64,000 nucleotides of DNA from Hormoscilla sp. GTDB taxonomy: Bacteria > Cyanobacteriota > Cyanobacteriia > Cyanobacteriales > Desertifilaceae. The first letter of the stretch is position 1; each line of letters begins with the position of its first letter. A program made the translations under genes and the position numbers. The stretch spans positions 60,116-124,115 of the forward strand of contig JBFRWI010000086.1 of the NCBI GenBank assembly GCA_051439505.1. The letters run 5' to 3'. A model generated the notes under the pieces. The model was not told where the DNA came from. It was given only the letters and a program-made list of their open reading frames with translations, and searched no databases. Positions 30,357 to 42,300 of the stretch are shown here, piece after piece.

Positions 30357-33300
30357 ATGGTACAGCATGCAAATAATGAAAAATTGAGCGAGGGTTTGGG
30401 TTACTACCAAGCAGGACGCCTGGATGAGGCGAGGACTGTTTATTGGGAAATTATCCAAGAACAGCCTCACCAGGTGGAAGCGATCGCGATGCTGGGAATT
30501 ATTGCTCATCAGACGGGGGCATACGATCGGGCGATCGGCTATTACCAAGAGGCGTTAGCGATAAAACCAGATTACCCTGAGGCTTATAATAATCTGGGGG
30601 CTAGCTTCTGGGAACAGGGCCAGATGGAACGGGCGGTCGCTGTCTACAAACAGGCGATCGCCATTAAACCAGATTATATTGATGCCTATAATAACCTGGC
30701 GATCGCACTCTCAAGGCAGGGAAAAATATCGGAGGCGACGGCAGTTTACCAGCAAGTTGTCTTACTAAGGCCGGAGAGTGGAGAGGCCCGGCAAAAGTTG
30801 GCGGATCTGCTGAAAAAGGGCAGGCGTTGGGATGAGGCAATGGCCAATTACCAACAGGCGATCGCCCTTAATCCCGAAAACCCAGAATTGTATAATAGTC
30901 TGGGAGAAGTCCTCAAGGAAAAGGGAGAAATAACCCACGCGAAGGAAAATTTTCAACGGGCGATCGGCCTGAAGCCAGACTATTACGAGGCCCTAAATAA
31001 TCTGGCCTTTGTGTTTGTGGCGGAAAAGCAATTAGAAAGGGCGGCAGAGTTATTTCAGCAGATGATCGCCCTGAAGCCGCAGATACCGGAAACCTATAAT
31101 AATTTAGGTGCTACCCTCAAGCAGCTAGACAGGGTAGAAGAGGCGATCGCTTGCTATGAAAAAGCTTTGGCTCTCAAACCAGAGTTTAGAGAAGTATATA
31201 ATAATCTGGGGGCGGCGCGACAAGAGCAAGCGTTAAATCAATTGCCAGAGGCGATCGCTAATTATCGCACCTGCATTGCGATCGATCCTGAAGATGCCAT
31301 GGCCCACAGTCGTCTGGGAATGGCCTTGTTGCTGAGTGGTAATTTCCCCGAGGGATGGGTTGAATATGAATGGCGCTGGCAAACGGCAGATTTACTCTCC
31401 AGTAGGTTGAAGACTACTAAACCTGTATGGGATGGTAGGGAACTAGCCGGAAAAACCATTCTGCTAGACTCGGAACAGGGATTTGGCGATACAATTCAGT
31501 TTATTCGCTATGTTCCCCTAGTTGCCAAGGGTGGTGGTAAAGTCATTGTCCAAACCTATACCGGACTGCAACGCTTATTTGCGACAGTCCCGGGGATCGA
31601 TCGGGTGATAATTAAGGGGGAAGAATTACCGGAATTTGATTGCCACGCCCCTTTAATGAGTCTCCCCCATATCCTGGGTACGAGGAAAGAAACAATTCCC
31701 TCTCAAGTTCCTTACTTACAAACGGAAACACTAAAGTGTTTACTACGAACCCCGGAAACACTAAAGTGTTTACTACGAACCCCGGAAACACTAAAGTGTT
31801 TACTACGAACCCCGGAAACACTAAAGTGTTTACTACGAACCCAGAAGCTGAGGGTGGGTATTGCTTGGACGGTTAATCCTCAAAGCGCCACTGCTTACAA
31901 ACGCGCTTGTCCCCTTAGCTATTTTCTGGAACTGCTAGAGGAAATCCCAGAAATTACTCTCTATAGTTTGGAGGTGTCGGACGAAGCAAAGCAGGAAATC
32001 GAAAAAACCCCCATACAAGATTTAAGTCATCTGCTGAAAGACTTTGCCGATACTGCTGCTGTGATCTCACAATTGGATTTGGTAATCTCTGTAGATACGG
32101 CTGTGGCTCATTTGGCCGGGGCCTTGGGAAAAATAGTCTGGGTGCTGTTACCTTTTTCTCCCGACTGGCGTTGGCAGTTGCATGGAGAAGAGACTCCTTG
32201 GTATCCGACTATGCGCTTGTTTCGGCAAGCAAAACGATCCTGTTGGTCGGAACTGTTCGATCGGGTGAAGGTGGCCCTGGGATCCCAGACGGATAATCAA
32301 ACATCTGCCCTGCTACAGATGGCCCAGAAACACGAACAAGCTGGAAATGTAGATGCTGCGGCCCAAATTTATCGCGATATTCTCTCATCCCATCCCCGAC
32401 AGACTCAGACCCTGCATTACCTGGGCTGTCTGGTCCACAAGCAAGGGTTACTGCAAGAGGCGATCGACCTCTATCAACGGGCGATCGCGATCGATCCTCA
32501 CTACGTAGATGTTTACAATAACTTAGCCCTGGCCTTTACGACCGTCAGACAATTGCCAACCGCCATCGAGTATTATAATCAAGCTTTGCGGTTAGATCCG
32601 GAAAATGCGAGCGGCCATTTAGGTAAAGGGTTGGCGCTGCTGCTGATGGGGGACATGGGTCGCGGTTTCGTTGAATATGAATGGCGTTTTGCGGTGCAAC
32701 ATCAGGGAAAGGGAGTTCCCCCACGTCTATTTCAGCAACCAACTTGGCAGGGAGAACCCCTTGGGGGACGTACTATTCTCCTCTATGGAGAACAGGGGTA
32801 TGGTGATGCTATTCAGTTTATTCGCTACGCGCCCCTAGTGGCCCAAAGGGGAGGAAGGGTAATTGTAGAATGTCACTCATCTCTAGTCCGACTGTTTGCA
32901 ACTGTTAGTGGCATTGAGAGAATTATAGCTGAGGGAACGGTACTGCCAGATTTCGATCTGCAAGCACCCTTGATGAGTTTGCCTCGGATCCTGTGTACAA
33001 CTTTAGAAACAATTCCTAATCAAGTACCTTACCTCAAAATATCCGGGACTCTCCTGTCCCCTATCCCACGCAATTCCCAATTCAAGATCGGATTTGTTTG
33101 GTCGGGACATATCGCCTATCGAGGGGATATCACTCACTTGCGTGCTTATCCCGTGGGTTATTTTCTGGAACTTGCCCAGATCCCGGAGGTGACTTTATAT
33201 AGTCTGCAAAAATATCCATCGGCGGCAGAAATAGCTGCCTTAGAAAAAAATAATGTCCTGTCTCTGCACGATCGCCTCTCCGATTTTGCCGATACAGCAG

Positions 33301-36300
33301 CTATAATTAACCAACTAGACTTAGTGATCTCGGTAGATACGGCGGTGGCCCATTTAGCAGGGGCCTTGGGAAAACCAGTCTGGGTACTGCTACCTTTTGC
33401 CCCCGACTGGCGTTGGATGCTAGATCGATCCGATAGCCCTTGGTATCCCACGATGCGGCTATTTCGTCAAGAACAGCCAAAAGATTGGCAAAGACGGTTT
33501 GCTGATGTTAAAATAGCTTTACGAGAACTTTTAAGTATGGCAAATAATAGTAAAAATACTGTGAAAATTAATGAAAGTTTAGTCAAAGCCCATAGTTTAT
33601 ATCAAGGGGGAGAAGGTGACAAGGCGATCGCCCTATGTCGGCAATTGCTATTAACCTATCCGGGACATAGTGAAACCACCTATTTGTTGGGAGTGTTCCT
33701 GCAAAATACCGGGAAAATAGCAGAGGCGATCGGGGTTTATCGGCAGGCGATCGCCCGACAGCCCCAGGACATGCGTTTGCACAATAATTTGGGCGTAGCT
33801 TTGCGCAGCTTGGGCCGCGATGATGAGGCGATCGCCTGCTACGAACAGGCCATCACCATTGACCCCAACTGTGGGGAAGCTTACCATAATTTGGCCATTA
33901 TTCTGGAAGCCCAGGACCGGAGAGAAGAGGCGATCGCCTATTATGAAAAAACCATTGCCATTAAACCAGAAAAGGCGGAATTTTACAATCGGCTGGGTTA
34001 CTGCTATCAACAAGGGGGCGACTTAGCAGAGGCGGCGAGACGGTATCAAGAGGCTTTAAGGATAAAACCAGACTATCTGGAGGCAATTTGCAACCTGGGG
34101 ATCACATTACAACGGCAGGGTAACATAGTAGAGGCGATCGCCCAATATCGTCAGGCCCTGGCAATTAAACCAGATTATCCAGAAGTTTACAATAATATGG
34201 GTACGGCTTGGGAAAGTCAGGGGAAATTGCCAGAGGCGATCGGGTGCCACCAACAGGCGATCGCCCTGAAACCAGACTTTGCCGAAGCATACAGCGACCT
34301 GGGTTTTGCCCTGCAAGGACAAAAGCAATTCCAACAGGCGGCTGGCTATTACCGCCATGCTATTGCCTTAAAGCCCGATGAAGTAATGGCCCACGTGCGC
34401 CTGGGAATGTGCTTATTATTATTGCAGGACTTTCAACGAGGATTTGCCGAATATGAATGGCGCTGGCGGACAAAATCACAGACCCCGGCAGAACGCTTGG
34501 GAAAACCCCTTTGGGATGGTTCGTCCCTGGCAGGAAAAACCATTCTCCTACATACAGAACAGGGATGCGGGGATGCTATTCAGTTCGTCCGTTACGCCCC
34601 CTTAGTCGCCCAGCAAGGAACTCAAGTAATTCTGGAAACCTATCGGGATCTTGGGCGCTTGTTTACTACGGTTCCTGGGGTGCAGCAAGTGGTAATTAAG
34701 GGCGAACAGTTACCAGCATTTGACCTGCAAGCCCCCCTGATGAGTCTTCCCCGGATCCTGGGTACGACGGTGGAAACTATTCCTGCTGAAGTTCCCTATT
34801 TGCACGCTGAAGGGACGGAAGCACTAAAGTGCTTACTACGAACGGAAGGAGAGGTAAAAGTCGGCATTGTGTGGGCTGTTAATGCTAAAAGTCCTACTGC
34901 TAGCAAGCGGTCTTGTCCAGTCTCCCTGTTTCTGGAACTGTTGGAGATCCCAGGAATTTCTCTTTATAGTTTGCAAAAGGAACATGCAGATATCCTCGAT
35001 GGCACGGCTATTCAGGATTTAAGTACGCATTTGCATGACTTCGCTGATACGGCGGCGGCGATCGCCCAACTAGACTTAGTTATATCTGTAGATACAGCAG
35101 TGGCCCATTTAGCGGGTGCTTTAGGAAAACCTGTCTGGGTGTTGCTACCATTTTCTCCTGACTGGCGCTGGTTGCTAGATCGATCGGACAGCCCCTGGTA
35201 TCCGACAATGCGGCTATTTCGTCAAGCAAAACAGTCCGACTGGCAAAGCGTGTTTGCCCAAGTTAAGGCAGCATTAACTGCCAAGGATGAGTCGTCAGTT
35301 CGTAGGACAGGCGTCTCGCCTGTTACTGGTGAGTCGAACGAACAACAACCAAAAACCCAGGTGATTTCCATCGATCGGGGTTTAGAAATTGCCCGCAACC
35401 ACCACGAACTGGGACAAACTCAACAGGCGATCGATATCTGTCGGCAAATTCTCTCCTCATTTCCCGCACATGCAGATACTCTCTATTCTCTGGGGTCATT
35501 CCTCCACAGGAAAGATAATCTAGATGAGGCGATCGCCCTCTACCAACAGGCGATCGCCAGCGATCCCAATCATTTTGAAGCCCGTCTTAACTTAGGATTG
35601 GCTATTTGTCAACAAGGAGACAAGGAAAAGGCGATCGCCATCTACCAGGAGGCTTTAAGCATCCAACCGGACCGGGCTGAGATTTACTATAACCTGGGTA
35701 ATGCCCTCCAAGAACAAGAGAAATATGAAGAGGCGATGGCCAATTACCAACAGGCGATCGCCCGGAAGCCAGACTATCCTAAAGCTTACAATAACTGGGG
35801 CAATTGCCTGAAAACAGTAGGACGGTTAGATGAGGCCATCGCCCAATACCGGCAGGCCATCGCCCTGGACCCCAACTACGCCGGGGCCTATAATCGTCTG
35901 GGAAACACTTTCAAAAAGCAGGGGAAAATTGCCGAGGCGATCGCCCAATACCACCTGGCCCTGGCCATCGAACCCCACTACGTAGAAGTTCACAATAACA
36001 TGGCCCTAGTCTTGCAAACGGAAGGGCGTTTAGAAGAGGCGATCGGCCATTACAACAAATCCCTGCAGTTGAGACCCGATGATGCTACCACCCATTTTGC
36101 CCGGGCCTTTACCTGGTTGTTAATGGGGGAGATGCTAGCAGGTTGGAATGAATATGAATGGCGTTGGGACGATGATATAGTAGCGCCCCGTCATTTTGAA
36201 GAACCTTTGTGGGATGGTTCCCCCGGAGGTACTATCCTCATATACACAGAACAAGGATTGGGTGATAATATTCAGTTTATCCGCTACGCTCCTCTGGTGA

Positions 36301-39300
36301 AAGAACGGGTCGGACAAGTAATTGTAGAATGTCCTGAAAGCTTAGTGCGACTGTTTGCTAACGTCCCGGGAATCGATCGAGTGGTGAGTCAGGGTAAGCC
36401 ATTACCAGAGTTTGACGTTCAGGTGCCTTTAATGAGTTTACCCCGCATTCTAGGTACCTCTCTAGAAAATATTCCCGCCCCAATACCTTATTTGTGGGAT
36501 CCCCCCCAACCCCCCTTAGAAAGGGGGGGGCTTCTTACTCCCCCCTCACCCCAGCAGGATCCCCCCCAACCCCCCTTAGAAAGGGGGGGGCTTCTTACTC
36601 CCCCCTTTTTAAGGGGGGCCGGGGGGGATCTCCCGGATGACGCTGGAATTAAAGTGGGTTTTGTCTGGGCCGGTACTGATTCCTATCTGCACGATCTGAC
36701 TCGCTATCGTTCTTGTCCCCTGGATCTTTTCCTGGAACTTTTGGCTATTCCCAACCTGAGTTTATATAGTCTGCAAAAAGAACCTGTAGAGGAAGCGCTA
36801 AAGCGCTTACTACGAACCTCGGTGGTATCTTTGCACGAAGAATTGGGGGATTTTGCTGATACGGCCAATGCGATCGCCCAACTGGATTTAATTATTTCCG
36901 TAGACACGGCAGTGGCCCATTTAGCCGGGGCCATGGGCAAACCTGTCTGGGTACTGCTACCTTTTGCACCGGACTGGCGCTGGATGCTAAATAGATCGGA
37001 CAGTCCCTGGTATCCGACTATGCATTTGTTCCGTCAAAGTCAACCGGGAGATTGGCAAGGACTGTTCGCCCAAGTCAAATCTGCCTTACAATCTTTAGTA
37101 CATTTGTTAAGCGGAAATATAGCAGTTGACAACGATCGCACTTTAATTAACGATGGACAATTAGCAATTGCTTTAGCACATCACCAGGGGGGACGCCTAG
37201 AAGCAGCGGAAAATATCTATCGGCAAATTATTGCTAACCAACCGGAAACAGCACCGGACCACCCCCAAGCTTTGCATTTACTGGGGGTGATGGCCCATCA
37301 AAAAGGTCAGTCAGATATGGCCTGCGATTTGATTAAAAAAGCGATCGCTCTCAATCCCAACCAGGGAGAGTTTCATAGTAACCTGACGGCAGTATATCAC
37401 GGTTTGCAACAACTGGACTTGGCCATGGCCCATGCCAGGCAGGCCATAAATCTGGCTCCGGAATTTGCCGAAGGTTACTATAATCTGGCGGCGATCCTCA
37501 GGGACAGCGGGGATCCCGATGGGGCGATCTCCAATTATCGCACTGCCCTCAGACTGCAACCGGATAATATCGAAGCAGCAAGAAATCTGGCCGCTACTCT
37601 CAAAGAACAGGGAAAACTGGATGAAGCGATCGGCAGTTACCAGCAGGTGGTGAGTCTGGACGCCCAAGATCCGGAAGATCATTTTAACCTGGGGGTGACA
37701 TTACAACAACAGGGTCGCCATGAAGAGGCGATCGCCCAGTACCGAACGGCGATTGAACTGAAACCAGACTATGCTGATGCTTACCATAATATCGGCGTAG
37801 CATTGCAGCAGACCGGGAAACCAGAACAGGCGATCGCATACTATGAAAAGGCCATCGAGTTGCTGCCGGAGTACATAGATGCTTACAATAATATGGGTCA
37901 TGGTTTCTACGAACTGCGCCGCATTGCTGAGGCGATCGGGGCCTACAGCAAAACCCTGGAACTAGACCCGGAAAATGTGGAAGCCCATTTTGCCCGATCG
38001 CTGACCTTACTGTATGCTAATAATTTTCCCGATGGATTTGCCGAATATCATTGGCGCTGGCATCTACCAGGTAAAGAGATGCCCGCTTTTCCCCAACCCC
38101 TGTGGCAAGGAGAGGATCTGACAGGACTCACCATTTTATTACATGCGGAACAGGGGTTGGGAGATACAATTCAATTTATTCGTTATGTTTCCCTGGTGGC
38201 CCAACGGCATCCACGGGCGATCGCCTGTGCCTGCGGACCATCTTTGCTGCGCTTGTTTTCCACCATTCCTGGTATTAGTAAGCTAATCTCTGTAGTCGAT
38301 CAGTCTGTAGAATTTGACGTTCATGCCCCCTTGATGAGTCTCCCGGGGATCCTGGGTACCACTGTTTCCACAATTCCTACTCAAATACCTTACCTGCAAA
38401 CAGTAGAAAACGTGACAGTTCAGATGCCCAAGACCCGAAACCTCAAGGTGGGAATTGTTTGGGCCGCAGGTGAATGGGGGGAGAACAGACTTCAGAGTCC
38501 TCAACGTCTCCGTTCTTGCGGATTAAACTATTTTCTGGAATTGCTGGATATACCGGGTATCGTCTTCTATAGCTTGCAAAAAGGTACACGGGCAGTTGAG
38601 GCCACCGATACTCCTATTCACGACCTCAGTCCCCAGCTAAATGACTTTGCCGATACCGCTAGCGCGATCGCCCAATTGGACCTGGTCATTTCCGTAGATA
38701 CTGCGGTTCCCCACTTAGCAGGTGCTTTAGGAAAACCAGTTTGGATGCTGCTACCTTTTGCCCCCGACTGGCGCTGGATGCAGTCGGGAGAATCTACTCC
38801 CTGGTATAGCACGATGCGACTATTTCGTCAAGCATCTCCGGGAGATTGGCAGGGAGTTTTTGAAGAAGTCTGGGACAGTTTATTAGCATTGGTTAATCCC
38901 GAGGAAGGAGAAGCTGTGAAAAAGCGCAAAAAGCAACAAAAAGCTAAGAATAAAGGTTTTGGTACTCAATTTAAGCCCCCAACTAAAACAACAGCGTTCC
39001 CAGGCGATCGCCAGGGAACGACAGGAGTAAATAACTCAGCATTACAGTTACTAGACCAAGGGTTTCAAGCGCAGCAGAGTGGTAAGCTAGATGCAGCGAT
39101 CGCCTGCTATAGTAAAGCAATTAGTATCGAACCGGAGTTTGCCGAAGCCCATCGCCGCCTGGGCATGGCCCGGAAAAAACAGGGCAAGCTTCAAGAGGCA
39201 ACTCAGCATTATCGGCGGGCCATTAATCTCAAACCAGATTTGTTTGATGCTTATATTAATCTGGGTGTGGTCCTCCGCAAGCAGGGTCTCTCCCAAGAGG

Positions 39301-42300
39301 CGATCGCTACCTACGAACAGGCTTTGCAAATTAATCCCAATGCTGCCAATGTTCTTAATAATCTTGGTAATGTCTATCGAGACCTGGGTAGAGTTGATGA
39401 AGCCGCCAGTTCCTATCAACGGGCTATAAGTATTCAACCGAACTATGTAGACCCGATCATCAGTTTGGGTTCGATTTTCCAAGAACAGGATAAGCTGGAA
39501 GATGCGATCGCCATGTACGACCGGGCGATCGCCATGGAACCAAATTCGGCCTCGGTCCGCAGCAACTTGGGCGTGGCCCTCAAGGATGTGGGACGCTTAG
39601 ATGACGCTAAAACCCATTTGCAAGAGGCGATCGCCTTAGACCCCAACTATGCTATAGGTTACAGTAATCTGGGTTTGGTGCTCGAAGAAATGGACCAACT
39701 GGATGAAGCAGAGGCCATGTCCCGCAAGGCGATCGCCCTGGACCCCAACTTCACCGACGCTTATCATAATTTGGCCGTGGCCCTGCACAGAAAATGTCAG
39801 TTGCAAGCATCTATTGCTAGCTACGAACGGGCGATCGATTTGAACCCCCAGTTTGCCGAAGCCCACATGGGTTTAGCGATTACCTTAATGTTAGCAGGAG
39901 ATTATCGGCGGGGTTTTGTAGAGTACGAATGGCGCTGGCAACTGAAACATATACAGCGTTCTGAATTAACTCAACCTGACTGGCAGGGGGAGTCCCTGGA
40001 TGGCAAAACAATTTTACTTTACACTGAACAGGGATTTGGCGATACAATTAATTTCATCCGTTACGCCCCCTTGGTCCGGGCCCGGGGAACTAATGTAAAA
40101 GTAATAGTCATGTGTAAGCCCGCAGTCTATCGCCTGTTGCAGACAGTAGATGGCATTGACCAAGTGATAATCAAAGGCGAAGAGTTGCCCCAGTTTGACG
40201 TGAAAGCAGCTTTGCTGAGTTTGCCCCGCATCCTGGGTACGACTTGGGAAACTATTCCTACGACTGTGCCTTACGTAAAAGCTGTCCCTTGGGAAGCGCT
40301 AACGGAAGAAGAAGCGCTAAAGCGCTTACTACGAACGGATCGATTAAAGGTGGGAATTGCCTGGGCCGGAAATCCTGCTAATAAAAATGACCGCCGCCGT
40401 TCTACCAGTCTCTCCTATTTTCAGCAACTGCTGTCAATTCCGGGCATCGCTTTCTACAGTCTCCAAAAGGGCGATCGCACCGCAGATATTACTCCCGAGA
40501 TTGGTAATTTGGCGAACCTGGACCCCCTCTTGAAGGATTTTGCCGATACCGCAGCAATTGTTCGGCAACTTGACTTGGTGATTACTGTAGATACGGCAGT
40601 GGCGCACCTGGCCGGGGCCCTCGGTAAACCTGTATGGGTGCTGCTGTGCCATTGTCCTGATTGGCGCTGGCGATTGACATGCGAAAATTCTCCTTGGTAT
40701 CCCACTATGCGCCTGTTCCGCCAACAGCAACCTGGTGATTGGTCGGAACTGTTTGCCCGAGTTAAATCAGCTTTATTGTCATGGTCTGGTGAGTCGTCAG
40801 TTGCACCTGTAGGGACAGGGTCTGCAACAAGTGACTCAACAGAAGAAGCGCGTTCCCAGGCGGGAGCCTGGGAACGAGGGCGCTTACTACAAACAGAAAA
40901 TGATATTACATCTCTTTTACAAGCTGGGGTGCAGCATCAACAAGGGGGACGCTTGGAAGCCGCACGCAATATCTATCAGCAAATTCTTCAGGCCCAACCC
41001 TTACATGTGGATGCACGCCAGCTTCTGGGAGTCGTTGCTTATCAAATGGATAATGCCGAAGAGGCGATCGCCCATTATCGTCAGGCCCTGGCATTGAATC
41101 CCAACTATCCCGAAGTTCTCAATAATTTGGGTGCGGCCCTCTGGAAGCTGGAAAAGGCTGCTGAAGCTATACCTTACTATCAAAAGGCGATCGCCCTGAA
41201 ACCGGATTACATTGATGCTTACAATAATCTGGGCCAGGCCCTGATGCGGGAAGACCGCATGGATGAGGCAATTAGCGCATATCAGCAGTTGCTATCTCTC
41301 AAACCAGACCATGCTGAAGCCCATGTTAATCTGGGTTTGGCATGGCGAGAACGGGGTAATTTACACCAGGCGATCGGCCATTATCAGCAGGCCCTGGCCC
41401 GGCAACCTAAAAACCCCGAGGCCCGCCTCTATCTGGCGATCGCACTCTTATTAAATGGAGATTTCGGGCGAGGTTTTGTAGAATATGAATGGCGCTGGCA
41501 TCAAAAAGGATTTTCCCTAGGACATTACCTGCATAATGTTTGGGATGGTAGCCCCCTGGAGGGGAAAACCATCTTGCTGCGAGGGGAACAGGGTTTTGGC
41601 GATGCCATCCAATTTATCCGCTATTTGCCCATGGTCCGGGCCCGCAAACCTAGCCGCATTGTTGTCGAATGTCAGCAACCTCTGATTCGTCTCTTTCAAA
41701 CCCTAGAAGGGATCGACCAATTGGTTGTCAAAGGGGAACCCTTGCCCCCACTGGATCTGCAAGCGCCCTTGATGAGTTTACCTCGCATTCTGGGTACTAC
41801 CTTAGAGACAATTCCTCACGAAATCCCCTATTTTCATGCTGTCGAGTCGGAAGCGCTAAAGCGCTTACTACGAACGTCCTCGCGGATAAAGGTGGGTATT
41901 GTTTGGGCGGGCAGTACCATGAATAAGACCGATCGCCATCGTTCCATTACCTTAGATTGTTTTCTGCCTCTCCTACAAATGGATGACGTTTCTTTCTACA
42001 GCCTCCAAAAGGGCGATCGGGTGGCAGATATTACCCAGGATATTCCCAATTTGGTCAATCTGGACCCACAGATAAATGACTTTGCCGACACTGCTGCGAT
42101 CGTCGAACAACTCGATTTAGTGATTACAGTAGATACGGCAGTTGCCCATTTAGCAGGTGCTCTCGGAAAACCCGTATGGGTGCTGCTTGCTTTTGCTCCC
42201 GACTGGCGCTGGATGTTGGAACGCCCAGATTCTCCCTGGTATCCTACCATGCGCCTCTTCCGCCAGCAACAACGGGGGGATTGGTCCTTTGTATTTGCCG

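Noticed and set aside
31723..31842. 30-bp palindromic repeat x4 as a CRISPR array
   Set aside because: The units are head-to-tail with no spacers, lie in-frame in a CDS, and no cas genes are present.
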